From NCBI GenBank assembly GCA_963797955.1, contig CAWCRO010000022.1, positions 66,480 through 130,479 on the forward strand: a stretch of 64,000 nucleotides of DNA, written 5' to 3'. The stretch is from an uncultured Solirubrobacterales bacterium. Its GTDB lineage: Bacteria; Actinomycetota; Thermoleophilia; Solirubrobacterales; Solirubrobacteraceae. Shown piece after piece: positions 18,162 to 27,730 of this stretch (position 1 is the first letter of the stretch; every line of letters begins with the position of its first letter). Under the pieces are notes generated by a model. It ran no database searches, was not told the DNA's origin, and was given only the letters and a program-made list of their open reading frames with translations. The position numbers and the translations under genes were made by a program.

Positions 18162-19727
18162 CTACGCGCGAGCTCCGCCGCGGGCGAGATTCGCCTCGGT
18201 CATGCGCTTCAAAGTGGTGCGGTCCAGCTTGCCGGTGGCTGTGCGAGGCATCTTGTCGAGGACGATTATTTCCTCGGGTGCCTTGTAGCCGACTCGCGCG
18301 CGAGCGAACCGGATCAGCTCCTGGCTGCTCGGTCGCTCAGCGCGTTCGTTAAGCGTGATGTAGGCGCGGACGTTCTCACCGTGCACGAGATCGTGAATGC
18401 CGATCACCGCAGCGCTCTTGAGGCTGGGATGCTCGAGCAGAGCGCCCTCGACCTCCTGGGGGCAGATATTCGAGCCGTCGTGGACGATGATCTGCTTCTC
18501 GCGCCCGCAGAAGAAGTAGTAGCCCCCGTCATCGACTCGCATCACATCCCCCGAGTCAAGCCACCCGTCCCGGAAGACAGCCTCAGTCGCGTCCGGGTCG
18601 TCCCAATACCCGACGGTCGCGGCGCGCGTCTTGATCCAGAGGCGGCCTTCGCCGCCGGTCGGCAGCGCCTCCCCGGCGTCGTTTCTGACCAAGAGCGAGA
18701 CGCCCGGAACGGCCTGTCCGACCGAGCCGAGCTTGATCTGACCCGAAGGGGGACTGACCGTCACGAGTCCGGCTTCGGTCAGGCCGTAGGCCTCATCGAT
18801 CACCAATCCGCTCAACGCCGTGAACTCCCGCTCCTCCTCAGCGGAGACTTTGTCCCCGGCCGCACGACAGAGTCGCAGCGAGCCGAAGTCCTCGTGCGCG
18901 GCACCGTGGTCGCGGGTGAGAGCGAACAGCGCCGACGGAAGCATCGAGAGAACCGTCGGGCGTTCCTGGCGAAGCAGCGGCAGGAGCTCATCACCATCGA
19001 ACGTGCGCGCCACGATTGTCCCGGCCCCAACACTCAGCGCGGCGAAGGTGACATAGAAGGCGCCGACATGCGACAAGGACGAGCCCGCGAGCAGCAGGTC
19101 GTCCGAGCTGAAGTCGAGCCCTGCCGACGCTGCCGCAAGCATCCAGCCGAGCGTCTCGTGGGTGTGGGTAACCCCCTTCGGGAGCCCGGTGCTGCCAGAA
19201 GTGAAGAAGATCAGCGCCGGCGCGGACGGGGGGCAACCACCGAGTGGCGCGGGTGGCTGCTGTCCTTCGGTCAGCTCCTCAAACTGCGGGCCGGTTCCGA
19301 CCGACGCCCCGTAGCTGATCCGGCCTAGCGGCAGTTGTCCCGCGAGCTTGCTCGCCTCGAGATCCTCCTCCCGCTCGGCGTGCGAGAACAGCGCTCGGGC
19401 CGCACTGACCGCTAGAGCGTGATCGATCTCCGGTGCCATATAACGGTAGTTCAGAGGCGTGGCGACCAACCCCGCCTTGAAACAGGCGAGGTAATGAACG
19501 ACAAGTGCTGGGCAGTTCGGCATCAGCGAAGCGACCCGATCACCCGGCCTCAACCCGAGCCCGAGCAGGCCGTGCGCCAGGCAACCGCTGAGCCGATCGA
19601 GCATCGCCCATGTCCACCGCGTATCCGCCGAGATCAGCGCCAGGCCATCCGGGTCCCCATCCAAACCAGCGCGGAGCAGATCACCGACGACCGGCCTCGT
19701 CAACGCAGTCCCGGCATTCTGAGTCAC
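18162..19727 (-). CDS. Acyl-CoA synthetase (class I adenylate-forming enzyme)
   Basis: FFTSGSTGLPKG, EAYGLTE, GWLDSGD, GREK, PRTATGK; RBS GAGGAGG before GTG 19727. Confidence 0.93.
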   Translation of the reverse strand: MTQNAGTALTRPVVGDLLRAGLDGDPDGLALISADTRWTWAMLDRLSGCLAHGLLGLGLRPGDRVASLMPNCPALVVHYLACFKAGLVATPLNYRYMAPEIDHALAVSAARALFSHAEREEDLEASKLAGQLPLGRISYGASVGTGPQFEELTEGQQPPAPLGGCPPSAPALIFFTSGSTGLPKGVTHTHETLGWMLAAASAGLDFSSDDLLLAGSSLSHVGAFYVTFAALSVGAGTIVARTFDGDELLPLLRQERPTVLSMLPSALFALTRDHGAAHEDFGSLRLCRAAGDKVSAEEEREFTALSGLVIDEAYGLTEAGLVTVSPPSGQIKLGSVGQAVPGVSLLVRNDAGEALPTGGEGRLWIKTRAATVGYWDDPDATEAVFRDGWLDSGDVMRVDDGGYYFFCGREKQIIVHDGSNICPQEVEGALLEHPSLKSAAVIGIHDLVHGENVRAYITLNERAERPSSQELIRFARARVGYKAPEEIIVLDKMPRTATGKLDRTTLKRMTEANLARGGARA

Positions 19728-20007
19728 ACGCGCCTCCTCGTCGCTGCACCGCGCATACAAAGCGGCGCAACCGGCCGCTCTGCCGCCACAGTACGGCGTC
19801 ACTTCGTCAATGTCGAGGCTGCCGTCCGTCGCACGCCGGCGCCGCCGCCTTAGGCCGACGGCCCGGTGGGGCGTCTCGGCAGTCGCAAGTCACTTCGTCG
19901 TGGTTCCGTCCTGCGGCTGGCTGCTGCGATCAGCTTTGCGCCTACGCTCTGGTGATGGCCCTCGCTCAGGCGCCGGAGATCGCCCACGTCGTCGTGTACC
20001 TCCAACC

Positions 20008-20226
20008 GTGAAGCGCTCCTTCGGCAGGCCGTCGTGGTGGGCCACGAGCGCTGTCCCCTATCGGTGGTTCTGGCTTCTACCGTCGGCCGGAGCGGTCATC
20101 GGCCTCGCTGCCGCGAGCCATTTCGGTGTTCCTGTGTGGCTGGGTTTCGTCTGTGGTGAGATTCCGGCGCTAGCGCTTGAGGCGTGGTGGCGGCACCGAA
20201 GCCCTCCTTCGGACGATGCTCCGTAG
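20008..20226 (+). CDS. Small putative membrane protein
   Basis: Two hydrophobic segments (WFWLLPSAGAVIGLAAA; VPVWLGFVCGEIPALAL); weak support. Confidence 0.35.
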   Translation: MKRSFGRPSWWATSAVPYRWFWLLPSAGAVIGLAAASHFGVPVWLGFVCGEIPALALEAWWRHRSPPSDDAP

Positions 20227-20716
20227 TCGACTCGATCGGCCTGACCGGGACCCTCTTTGCGGTGGTGCCGCGTTCGTGATCCTTGCGCCTTGCCATGCAA
20301 CGTGCGTGCGCGGTGGCAGCTCCAGCTCAGCGTGCTCGACATGGCACGTGCGAGCGGCCCTGTTCGCCGCCCAGCAGACGAACTGCGGACTGATTTTGCG
20401 TGCTAGGGCTCGCGGTGTCGCCAGGATGCCGCAATGCGGCAACTTCCTCGCCCATCGTCGATCAGTGGTACTGTCGGCGGAATTCGACGCCGGATCGGGC
20501 GACGCGCTCGGAGCGCTGGTGCATGCTCAGGACTCTCCAGGCCGGGCCCGCACCGCGGGTGCAGCCAAAGCGGGCGAGCCCGTCCTGGCTTCAGTCCGCG
20601 GCCGACCGGCCGCCTTCCCCGCCGCCCGCTAGCCCGGTACCGGCCTGAGAGTGAGCGGGGGGTTGGCCAGCTTCGAGTTGGTGACCCGCCGGACCGGTGG
20701 CGGTAGTCCGGGTGGA

Positions 20717-21714
20717 CTAGGACTCGCAGGCGACGCCGTCATGGTCGCGGTCGAGATCTGGGTTGGCCGTGTAGTCGGGGGTGCCGCGGAGAATCGGTGT
20801 GACACCTGCGGCGCGCGCGGCGGTGCAGTTGGCGTACACGTGCCCCGCCCGCGACCCTTGAGTGCCGCTGGTGGTGTGGTGGTTGGGGGTGGGGGTCGGC
20901 GCGGGCGGCGTGCGGGTGACGGTCACCGGGGTGGGCGCGCCGGGCGCGGGCAGCTTCTCGCCCGGACACATGGCGAGCACGCGGCCGATCGCGTCCTTCT
21001 CCGCTTGGGTGACCCATAGCTTGTATTTGGTCTTGACGGCGACCTGGCGGGCCACGTATGCACAGCGGAACGGCTTGTTGGGGGGCAGCCAGGTGGCGGC
21101 GTCCCCGTCGCCCTTGGCACGGTTGGTGTGCGCGTTGACGGCGAGCAGCTCCAGTGGGTCGTTGGCGAACGCGACTCGCGTCGCCGCAGCCCACTGCTGG
21201 GCGCCCTTCTGCCAGGCGTCCGAGAGCGCGACGACGTGGTCGACGTCGACCTCACTCGCACCACCGCGGGTGTAGTGGACGCGCTCGCCGGTGTAGGGGT
21301 CAGCGAGCGTGCCGGACTCGACGCGGCAGTCGTCCAGGTAGGCCTTGGCGGTCAGGTCGCGGGTGAGAATGCGGTCGCGGGTATCGCAGCCACCGGAGTC
21401 GATCCACCCGTCCCCGAACTGCTCGCGGCTGTAGCCGGTCTTCGGCGCGCGGCCCTTGACCGGCAGCTTGGCCAGCGCAGCCGCCGCCGTACCCCAAGCG
21501 TTCCTGACGGCCGTCGCCGTGGCGGCACGCTTGGCCTTCGCGGCGGTCCGCCGGCGCGCGTGCCGGTTGGCCTTCGCGTTGGCGGTGTGCCGGTGCGCGG
21601 CATGCGTCGCCCTCGGCGCCGGCGTGCTGACGGCGTGTGTGGTCGTCTCCCCACAACCCGTGGCGGCAGCGCGGCCGTCACGAGCGCCGCGGTCACGATG
21701 CGGCGACTGGGCAT
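20717..21714 (-). CDS. Lipoprotein HNH nuclease (DUF1524-like) with C-terminal Excalibur Ca-binding domain; one frameshift ~21665 in the signal peptide
   Basis: GYSREQFG, CDTRDRILTRDL, VDVDHVVALSDAW, NDPLELLAV...NRAKGD, YANCTAARAAG...DLDRDHDGVACE; adding one G joins MPSRRIVTAALVTAAL to AATGC. Confidence 0.85.
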
Positions 21715-21849
21715 CCCTAGAAGATAAGGCGCGACGCGAGCCCCTCGTCCGGCGGAGTGGCGAGATTGAGCGTGCTTCAGACGCGGTTACGCTACCGAGC
21801 GGATCGGCCCGCGGTTCAAGCGGTTTGCGCGCGACCCACAGGAGAAGAG

Positions 21850-23007
21850 ATGTCTGCGCCAATCGATGAGATCACCATCGAGGACCTAGTCCGTGATCCG
21901 TATGACGTCTACCGGCGCCTACGCGACGCGGGCCCCTGCGTGTGGCTCGCCCCAGCGCGACGGTATGTCCTGCCGCGCTGGGATGAGGTGTTCGCGCTGG
22001 ACGAGGATCCCGCGTTCACCGCGGCGGAGCCCGACTCGCTGATGACGCGCGCAATGGGCCTGAGCATGCTGCGCACCGACGGTGCGATCCACCAGCGCCA
22101 GCGCCGGGCTGCGCATCGGGTGCTTCGGGCCAAGGAGTTCGAAGCCTGCTGGTCTGGGATGCTGGCGGGAGTCGCGGACGAACTCCTCGATGAGATCGAG
22201 CAGGCCGGCCGCGCCGATCTCGTTGCGGACTTTGCCGGTCCATATGCGGCGCGCACCCTCAAGCGGATGCTCGGTCTCGATGACGTCGCAGACATGGACA
22301 TGCAGGTCTGGTCGCAGGCGTTGATCGATGGAGTCGGCAACTACGCCGATGACGCGACCGTGTGGAGTCGCTGCCGGGAGGCTGGCGCGGGAATCGACGC
22401 TGCGGTGTCACGCGCGCGCGGTCGCGCGCGCGAGGGGACCGTGATTCACGCGATGCTCTCGGACGCGGCGATCACCTACGACGAAGTGCTCGCAAACGTC
22501 AAACTGTTCATCTCCGGCGGCCTCAACGAACCCCGAGACGTGATCGCGACGACCGCCTGGGCGCTGCTCAGGGATCCCGAGCAGGCGGCGCTGGTGCGCG
22601 CGGATCCTGCCGCGTTCGCGGCGGCGACCGAAGAATCGCTGCGCTGGATGTCGCCGATCGCCATGTATCCGCGCTACGTGTCGAGCGACACCCAGCTCGG
22701 TGACGTCGCATTGGCGGCCGGCGATCGCGTGGGAGTGATGCTCGCCTCGGCGAATCGAGATGAGCGGCACTGGGAGGAGCCAGATCGCTTTGACCTGCGG
22801 CGGGCCACCCAGCGGCATGTTGCCTTCTCACGCGGACCGCACGTCTGCCTGGGTGCCTTTGTCGCGCGACAGCAGGTTGGGCGGGCAGCGCTGCCGCGGC
22901 TGTTTGAGCGCCTTCCCGACCTCCGCCTCGCCCCCGGCTTGCCACCGCGGCAGGTTGGCTGGGTCTTCCGAGGGTTGGCCAGCCTCGAGGTCACCTGGCG
23001 ACGCTGA
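21850..23007 (+). CDS. Cytochrome P450 with atypical I-helix (GGLNEP)
   Basis: EESLR (ExxR), FSRGPHVCLG heme motif, SANRDE; RBS GGAGAAG. Confidence 0.95.
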   Translation: MSAPIDEITIEDLVRDPYDVYRRLRDAGPCVWLAPARRYVLPRWDEVFALDEDPAFTAAEPDSLMTRAMGLSMLRTDGAIHQRQRRAAHRVLRAKEFEACWSGMLAGVADELLDEIEQAGRADLVADFAGPYAARTLKRMLGLDDVADMDMQVWSQALIDGVGNYADDATVWSRCREAGAGIDAAVSRARGRAREGTVIHAMLSDAAITYDEVLANVKLFISGGLNEPRDVIATTAWALLRDPEQAALVRADPAAFAAATEESLRWMSPIAMYPRYVSSDTQLGDVALAAGDRVGVMLASANRDERHWEEPDRFDLRRATQRHVAFSRGPHVCLGAFVARQQVGRAALPRLFERLPDLRLAPGLPPRQVGWVFRGLASLEVTWRR

Positions 23008-23057
23008 CTTGAGTCGTTGACCGGACGGATCGGCCCGAGGCGTCGCCGACCGCACGA

Positions 23058-25235
23058 TCAACGCGGCGCTACTACTGGGGGGTCGGCGCGGGACGCCCCC
23101 GGGGCTGAAGCGGCGGGGCGAGACGGCCACCAGGTGTGCTCTCCCAACCGGTAGACGATCGCCGGGATCAGCAGGGCGCGGACGACGAATGTGTCGATGA
23201 GGACCCCGGCGGCGACCGTGGCGCCGACCTGGATCAGTTCCTCGAGCGGCAGCAGGGTGAGGGTGGCGAAGGTGCCGGCGAGGATCAGCCCGGCGCCGGT
23301 GACGACGCCGCCGGTGTTGACGAGGGCGACGCTCGTGCCCTCGCGCGTGCCTCGCGTCGCCGCCTCCTGCCGTGCCCGAGTCATCAGGAAGATGTTGTAG
23401 TCGACGCCCAGAGCGACCAGGAAGAGGAAGGCGAGGAGGGTCAGGTTAAACGCGACACCTCCGCTCGCCAGCTTCGAGAAGGCGAAGGTGCACAGCCCGA
23501 GCGTGCCGGCGAAGGAGAGCACGACGGTAGCGACCAGGAACAGCGGTGCGACCAGCGCCCGCAGGACGGCGGCGAGGATGAGGCCCACTACGAGCAGGAC
23601 CAGCGGAAGGATCAGCCGTGTGTCGTGGGCGTTTGTCTGCTCGATCTCGTAGTTCTCGGCGGGGATGCCGGCGAGCAGGCCGCTGGGGGTGATCGCCTGC
23701 AGCCGTTCGCGGATCTCCTTCACCTGGTCGGCGGCCTCGCCCGAGTAGGGGTCCCCGGCGAGGATCACGGCGACGGCCGCGTCTTGGCCCTGGTGCCGGG
23801 GCGGCACCGGGATCGCCAGCCGGACGCTCGCCAGGCTTTGCATCCCTACGACGACCCGCTGCGTCGCCTGCGGGTCCACGACGGCGATCAGCGGCGAAGC
23901 GAGGCCCGGCGGGAAGTGCTGGTTGAGGACCTCGGTGCCGCGGCTCGAGTTGGTCTGGCGGGTCTGGCCTTGGCCGAAGCCGATCGTGCCGTGATGGGCG
24001 AAGTTGCCGAGGGCCAGGACGAGGAGGCAGGCGGGAACGACGAGGACGAGGGCGAGCGAGCGACGGCGAACGAAGCCGGCGATCTGCTGCCAGCGGGGGC
24101 TCGGCCCGCCGCGGCGGATCGCGGCCCCGGGGGCCCAGAAGGCGCGCTCGCCGAGGACCGAGAGCAAGGCGGGGAGGAGGGTGAAGGCGCAGAGCAGCAT
24201 CACCGCGACCCCAATCGCCAGGATCGGCCCGAGCCAGTGGGTCGATTCGAGCTCGGCGACGAGGAGGACGAGCATCGCGGCGATCACCGTGCCCGCCGAG
24301 GAGGCGAGCGCCGGCGCCGACTCGCGCACCGCCAGCGGCAGCGCCTCGGGGGCGGGGCGGCCGCGCTGCAGCTCCTCGCGGTAGCGGTGGACGAGCAGCA
24401 GCGAGTAGTCGGTGCCGGCTCCAAACACGAGCACGAGGAGGAGAAACGTCCCCTCGGTGTTGACGGTGATCCAGCCAGCCTTGATCAACAGGTAGGCGAT
24501 CCCGGTCGCGACCAGGTAGGCAGCTCCGACCGCGAGCAGCGGCAGCACCGCCAACAGAGGCGCCCGGTAGACGACCAGAAGCAGTATCAGAACCAACGAA
24601 ACCGTCGCGATGAGCAGCGTCTGGCCGGCCTCCGCGGCGAGGCGGTCGAGGTCAGCGGCGATCCCGGCCGGGCCGGTGACATAGGCTCTGACCCCGGGGA
24701 TCGGATGGCCGGCGAGGTAGGCGCGGATCTCGGCCACGCCGTGCTTGACAGCGCCGGGGTCGGCCGCGTTGATCGCGAGAACGACCAGCGCCGCTTCGCC
24801 GTCGCGCGAAAGGGGGCCTACCCCACGGACGTTCTTGGCGACGTCGCCGAGCGACTCCGAGGAGTCGGCGGTGAAGGCGTCGATGGCCCGCGTCGCCCCG
24901 GTCACCTCGAGCCTGTTGAGCCCGACCCCGAGGCGGCCGATCGCCCTCAGGTCCCTCTGGGTGAGCCCGCCCTCGCGGTCAAAGACGATCACCGCCGGGA
25001 CCTCTTGAGCGGTACTGCCCCGGCCGCCGCTCCCGCCGCCGCCCCCACGCTGCAGGGCTTCCTGTGCCCTCGTCGCTTCGGAATGCCTGGGCAGGAAGCT
25101 CGCCTGGCCGGCCGCGGTGATCCCGCCGATATGGGAACGGGCGAGCCAGCCGCCAAGCCCGACTATGAGCCAGATCGCGATCGTCAGCCATCGCCCCCGC
25201 CGGCCGGTGACCGCGGCAGCCAGCCCCGAAATCAC
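23058..25235 (-). CDS. MMPL/RND-family transporter
   Basis: YVTGPAG, FGAGTDYSLLLVHRYREE, ALGVDYNIFLMTRARQE, TGGVVTGAGLILAGTF, DTFVVRALLIP. Confidence 0.93.
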   Translation of the reverse strand: MISGLAAAVTGRRGRWLTIAIWLIVGLGGWLARSHIGGITAAGQASFLPRHSEATRAQEALQRGGGGGSGGRGSTAQEVPAVIVFDREGGLTQRDLRAIGRLGVGLNRLEVTGATRAIDAFTADSSESLGDVAKNVRGVGPLSRDGEAALVVLAINAADPGAVKHGVAEIRAYLAGHPIPGVRAYVTGPAGIAADLDRLAAEAGQTLLIATVSLVLILLLVVYRAPLLAVLPLLAVGAAYLVATGIAYLLIKAGWITVNTEGTFLLLVLVFGAGTDYSLLLVHRYREELQRGRPAPEALPLAVRESAPALASSAGTVIAAMLVLLVAELESTHWLGPILAIGVAVMLLCAFTLLPALLSVLGERAFWAPGAAIRRGGPSPRWQQIAGFVRRRSLALVLVVPACLLVLALGNFAHHGTIGFGQGQTRQTNSSRGTEVLNQHFPPGLASPLIAVVDPQATQRVVVGMQSLASVRLAIPVPPRHQGQDAAVAVILAGDPYSGEAADQVKEIRERLQAITPSGLLAGIPAENYEIEQTNAHDTRLILPLVLLVVGLILAAVLRALVAPLFLVATVVLSFAGTLGLCTFAFSKLASGGVAFNLTLLAFLFLVALGVDYNIFLMTRARQEAATRGTREGTSVALVNTGGVVTGAGLILAGTFATLTLLPLEELIQVGATVAAGVLIDTFVVRALLIPAIVYRLGEHTWWPSRPAASAPGASRADPPVVAPR

Positions 25236-25400
25236 GGCTGCGTCAGACGGGCAGGGCGCATCGCCGGCGAAGGCTACCGGCCGAGGCTAGGCTGGGTCAC
25301 CCGGCGCCGACCAGTGCCGCTTTGACAGCACCCACGCCAGCCAACTCAGATGCTCAAGCCGTCGCCGACCATCTCGCATGACAGCTGTGATCATCCAACC

Positions 25401-25868
25401 ATGCGCCGACTAAACATCGCCGAGCCTGACTTCGCCTATGACGCAGACGATCCGGAAGGGTTTCGCGCTGGCATGCTGCGGTTCGGCAAGCAGCTCGGGG
25501 CGGAGCGCACCGGCACCAGCGTGTATGAGATCCCGCCGGGCCAGGCAATCTGTCCCTATCACTACGAATACGGTGAGGAGGAATGGCTCCTTGTCCTCGC
25601 CGGTCATCCCACCCTGCGCCATCCGGAGGGGTCTGACGGCCTCGATCCGTGGGACGTCGTGTGCTTCCCCTCCGGGCCGGCGGGCGCTCATGCGGTTCGC
25701 AACGAGACTGGCCAAACGGTACGGGTGCTGATGTACTCGACCGTGAGTCCTACGGCGGTGTCTGTCTACCCGGACTCCGACAAGCTCGGGGTGTGGGTGG
25801 GCAACCCCGACGACGAGCTGCTGCTGCCCCGCTCCAGCGCGGTCTCCTACTACGAGGGAGAGACCTAA
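25401..25868 (+). CDS. Cupin domain protein
   Basis: CPYHYEYGEEEW...GAHAVRN cupin motifs. Confidence 0.88.
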   Translation: MRRLNIAEPDFAYDADDPEGFRAGMLRFGKQLGAERTGTSVYEIPPGQAICPYHYEYGEEEWLLVLAGHPTLRHPEGSDGLDPWDVVCFPSGPAGAHAVRNETGQTVRVLMYSTVSPTAVSVYPDSDKLGVWVGNPDDELLLPRSSAVSYYEGET

Positions 25869-25914
25869 CCCGCAGGTCGATGACGTCGTCCTCGGCAGGC
25901 CGAGAGGCGCGGGT

Positions 25915-27315
25915 TTAGGGTCCTGGCGGCGACGGGGCCAGGCAAGCCGCCAGCGCGGCCGGGAAGGTCGTCGACTTGCGTTGAGTGGGCACGCAGTTGT
26001 CGATCTCGAGCCCCATCAGCGCGTTGCCGAGCTGGGTCATCGTGTCGGCGTTCTGGAAGGCGTCCGCCGGCTTGGTCTCGGCTGGGAAGTCGACGCCGTC
26101 TTTGGGGAGCCCGAGCCAGTGGTAGGTCTCGTGGATCAGCACGTCTGAGCGGCAGTGCCGGCTCGAGTCATACCAGGTCGGATCGCAGAGCTGCGTGCCG
26201 ATCGGGCTGCACGTGCCGGGGGCGCATGTGGCAGCGAAGTTTTGGCCGGGGCCGGGGTCGCAGAAGCCGTGGGCGGTCGAGCGGAACGTGAGCGGTTGGA
26301 CCGGTGAGGTGAGGTCTTTGTGAACGAGTTCGCGGGCCTTCCCCAGCGTGTCGAAATAGTCCGGGTCCTCGGGCCTGGCGTGGAGAAAGAACCGGACGAC
26401 GCACACCTCGCGCGGGAACGAAGCGGCGACCGACGGCTGCGGGCCCTCGCCCGGCTGCCACAGACTGGCTGCCAGAACCACGTTTTGCATGTCGGCGAGC
26501 CGCCCCTCGATTGCCCGCAGCTGGTGGCGCCGGTCGTCAAAGGCGTCCTTATGCTTTTGATCGTCCGGAGTGATCGGCGGCGGCGAGGGTGGAGGTGGCG
26601 TCGGTGTGGGCGCGCCGCCGGGGAATAGCTCGTTGAGCCGTCGCATGGTGCCAGGGCCGACGTCACCGAACTCCTCGAACCCGAGGTGCTCGGCCGCCTT
26701 GAACGCCCTCACGGCCGCCGCGGTCCTCGGCCCGTAGACCCCGTCGACGCCGTTACCGGCGGGTCCGGTGCCACCGAGGTCAAAGCCGCGGTCGACCAGC
26801 GCCTGCTGCACCTTGCTGACCGGCTGATGCTCGACGGTGTCGCGCGCACCCGCCCCCATCCTCGACTTGTCCTCCAGGCAAGCCTCGAGCAGCGGTTCGC
26901 CGACAAAGCGGGGGGAAGTGAGTGTTTGGCGCGCGAGCACCCGCCGCTCACGGCCACCCGCTGACGCAGAGCCAGCGCGATCCGGCCGGGCCGCGACGGC
27001 CCGTCGAAGCTGCCGGCCCATCTCGGCCGTCCACTCATCCTCCGCCCGCGCCTGTCCGCAGGCGCCACCACACTTGCACGCACCCGGGCACCGCGCAAGG
27101 GTCGGCGACGCGATCCGCGGGCCTCTCCACGCAGCCTGCGCGACGACGGCGGCTCGGTTGCCGGCGGAGGCCTGCAGCGCGAGGATTGACTGGCGGCCGA
27201 TCCGCGCATCCCGCGGCCCAGCGCTCGTCCCGATCGCCGTCACAGGTGACGGTCGTACCTGCCTTGATGACCGGACGTCGTTTTGCGGCGTCGGCACGAG
27301 GACATGCTGACCCAC
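25915..27315 (-). CDS. Peptidoglycan-binding domain protein with C-terminal HEXXH (M35/aspzincin-like) domain
   Basis: VSKVQQALVDRG...VDGVYGPRTAAAVRAFK; LIHETYHWLG..KD...NADT; N-terminal LALQASAGNRAA and LARCPGACKCGG. Confidence 0.75.
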   Translation of the reverse strand: MGQHVLVPTPQNDVRSSRQVRPSPVTAIGTSAGPRDARIGRQSILALQASAGNRAAVVAQAAWRGPRIASPTLARCPGACKCGGACGQARAEDEWTAEMGRQLRRAVAARPDRAGSASAGGRERRVLARQTLTSPRFVGEPLLEACLEDKSRMGAGARDTVEHQPVSKVQQALVDRGFDLGGTGPAGNGVDGVYGPRTAAAVRAFKAAEHLGFEEFGDVGPGTMRRLNELFPGGAPTPTPPPPSPPPITPDDQKHKDAFDDRRHQLRAIEGRLADMQNVVLAASLWQPGEGPQPSVAASFPREVCVVRFFLHARPEDPDYFDTLGKARELVHKDLTSPVQPLTFRSTAHGFCDPGPGQNFAATCAPGTCSPIGTQLCDPTWYDSSRHCRSDVLIHETYHWLGLPKDGVDFPAETKPADAFQNADTMTQLGNALMGLEIDNCVPTQRKSTTFPAALAACLAPSPPGP

Positions 27316-27415
27316 ACAACCACTATCTCAGAAGCCTGGGATGCGGACAACCTGTCCACCGCCCCGAACGGTCTCGGGATGACGTTCCATGACACGACGC
27401 GCGGACCGTCGGTGT

Positions 27416-27637
27416 CTAGCTGGCTCGGGTGGGGTCGTCGTAGGCATCGGAGCCGATCTTGCGTCCCTGGGTGGGGTCGTCGTAGGGGTCGGAGCCGATC
27501 TTGCGTCCCTGGGTGGGGTCGAACGAATGCACGGCTCGTTCTTGGGGGGTCGTACCCGCCGGAACGGGGACAAGGTTTGGCCGTCTGTCGCTTTCGGCGC
27601 GGTCTGGCTTGAGGCTGGGAGCAACGGTGGTTGTCAT
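27416..27637 (-). CDS. 73-aa peptide with tandem 14-aa repeats (PTQGRKIGSD[P/A]YDD)
   Basis: ATG-started ORF divergent from an HxlR gene; 42-bp repeat stays in frame. Confidence 0.5.
   Translation of the reverse strand: MTTTVAPSLKPDRAESDRRPNLVPVPAGTTPQERAVHSFDPTQGRKIGSDPYDDPTQGRKIGSDAYDDPTRAS
27427..27521. repeat. Tandem repeat, 42-bp unit, 2 copies plus 11 bp
   Basis: GGGTGGGGTCGTCGTAGG(CA/GG)TCGGAGCCGATCTTGCGTCCCT at 27427 and 27469, partial copy at 27511. Confidence 0.95.
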
Positions 27638-27730
27638 GGTGTCCCGTCTGCTTGGGGGCTAACTTGCATCACACAAGGCAGGCTAGTGGCAAGTCTAGCT
27701 TTTGTCAAGCAAGTCGGCTAGCATTGGACC

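Noticed and set aside
23136-25325. 729-aa plus-strand ORF
   Set aside because: Antisense shadow of the MMPL gene
27427-27521. Possible CRISPR array
   Set aside because: Head-to-tail tandem repeat with no spacers; no cas genes in the window
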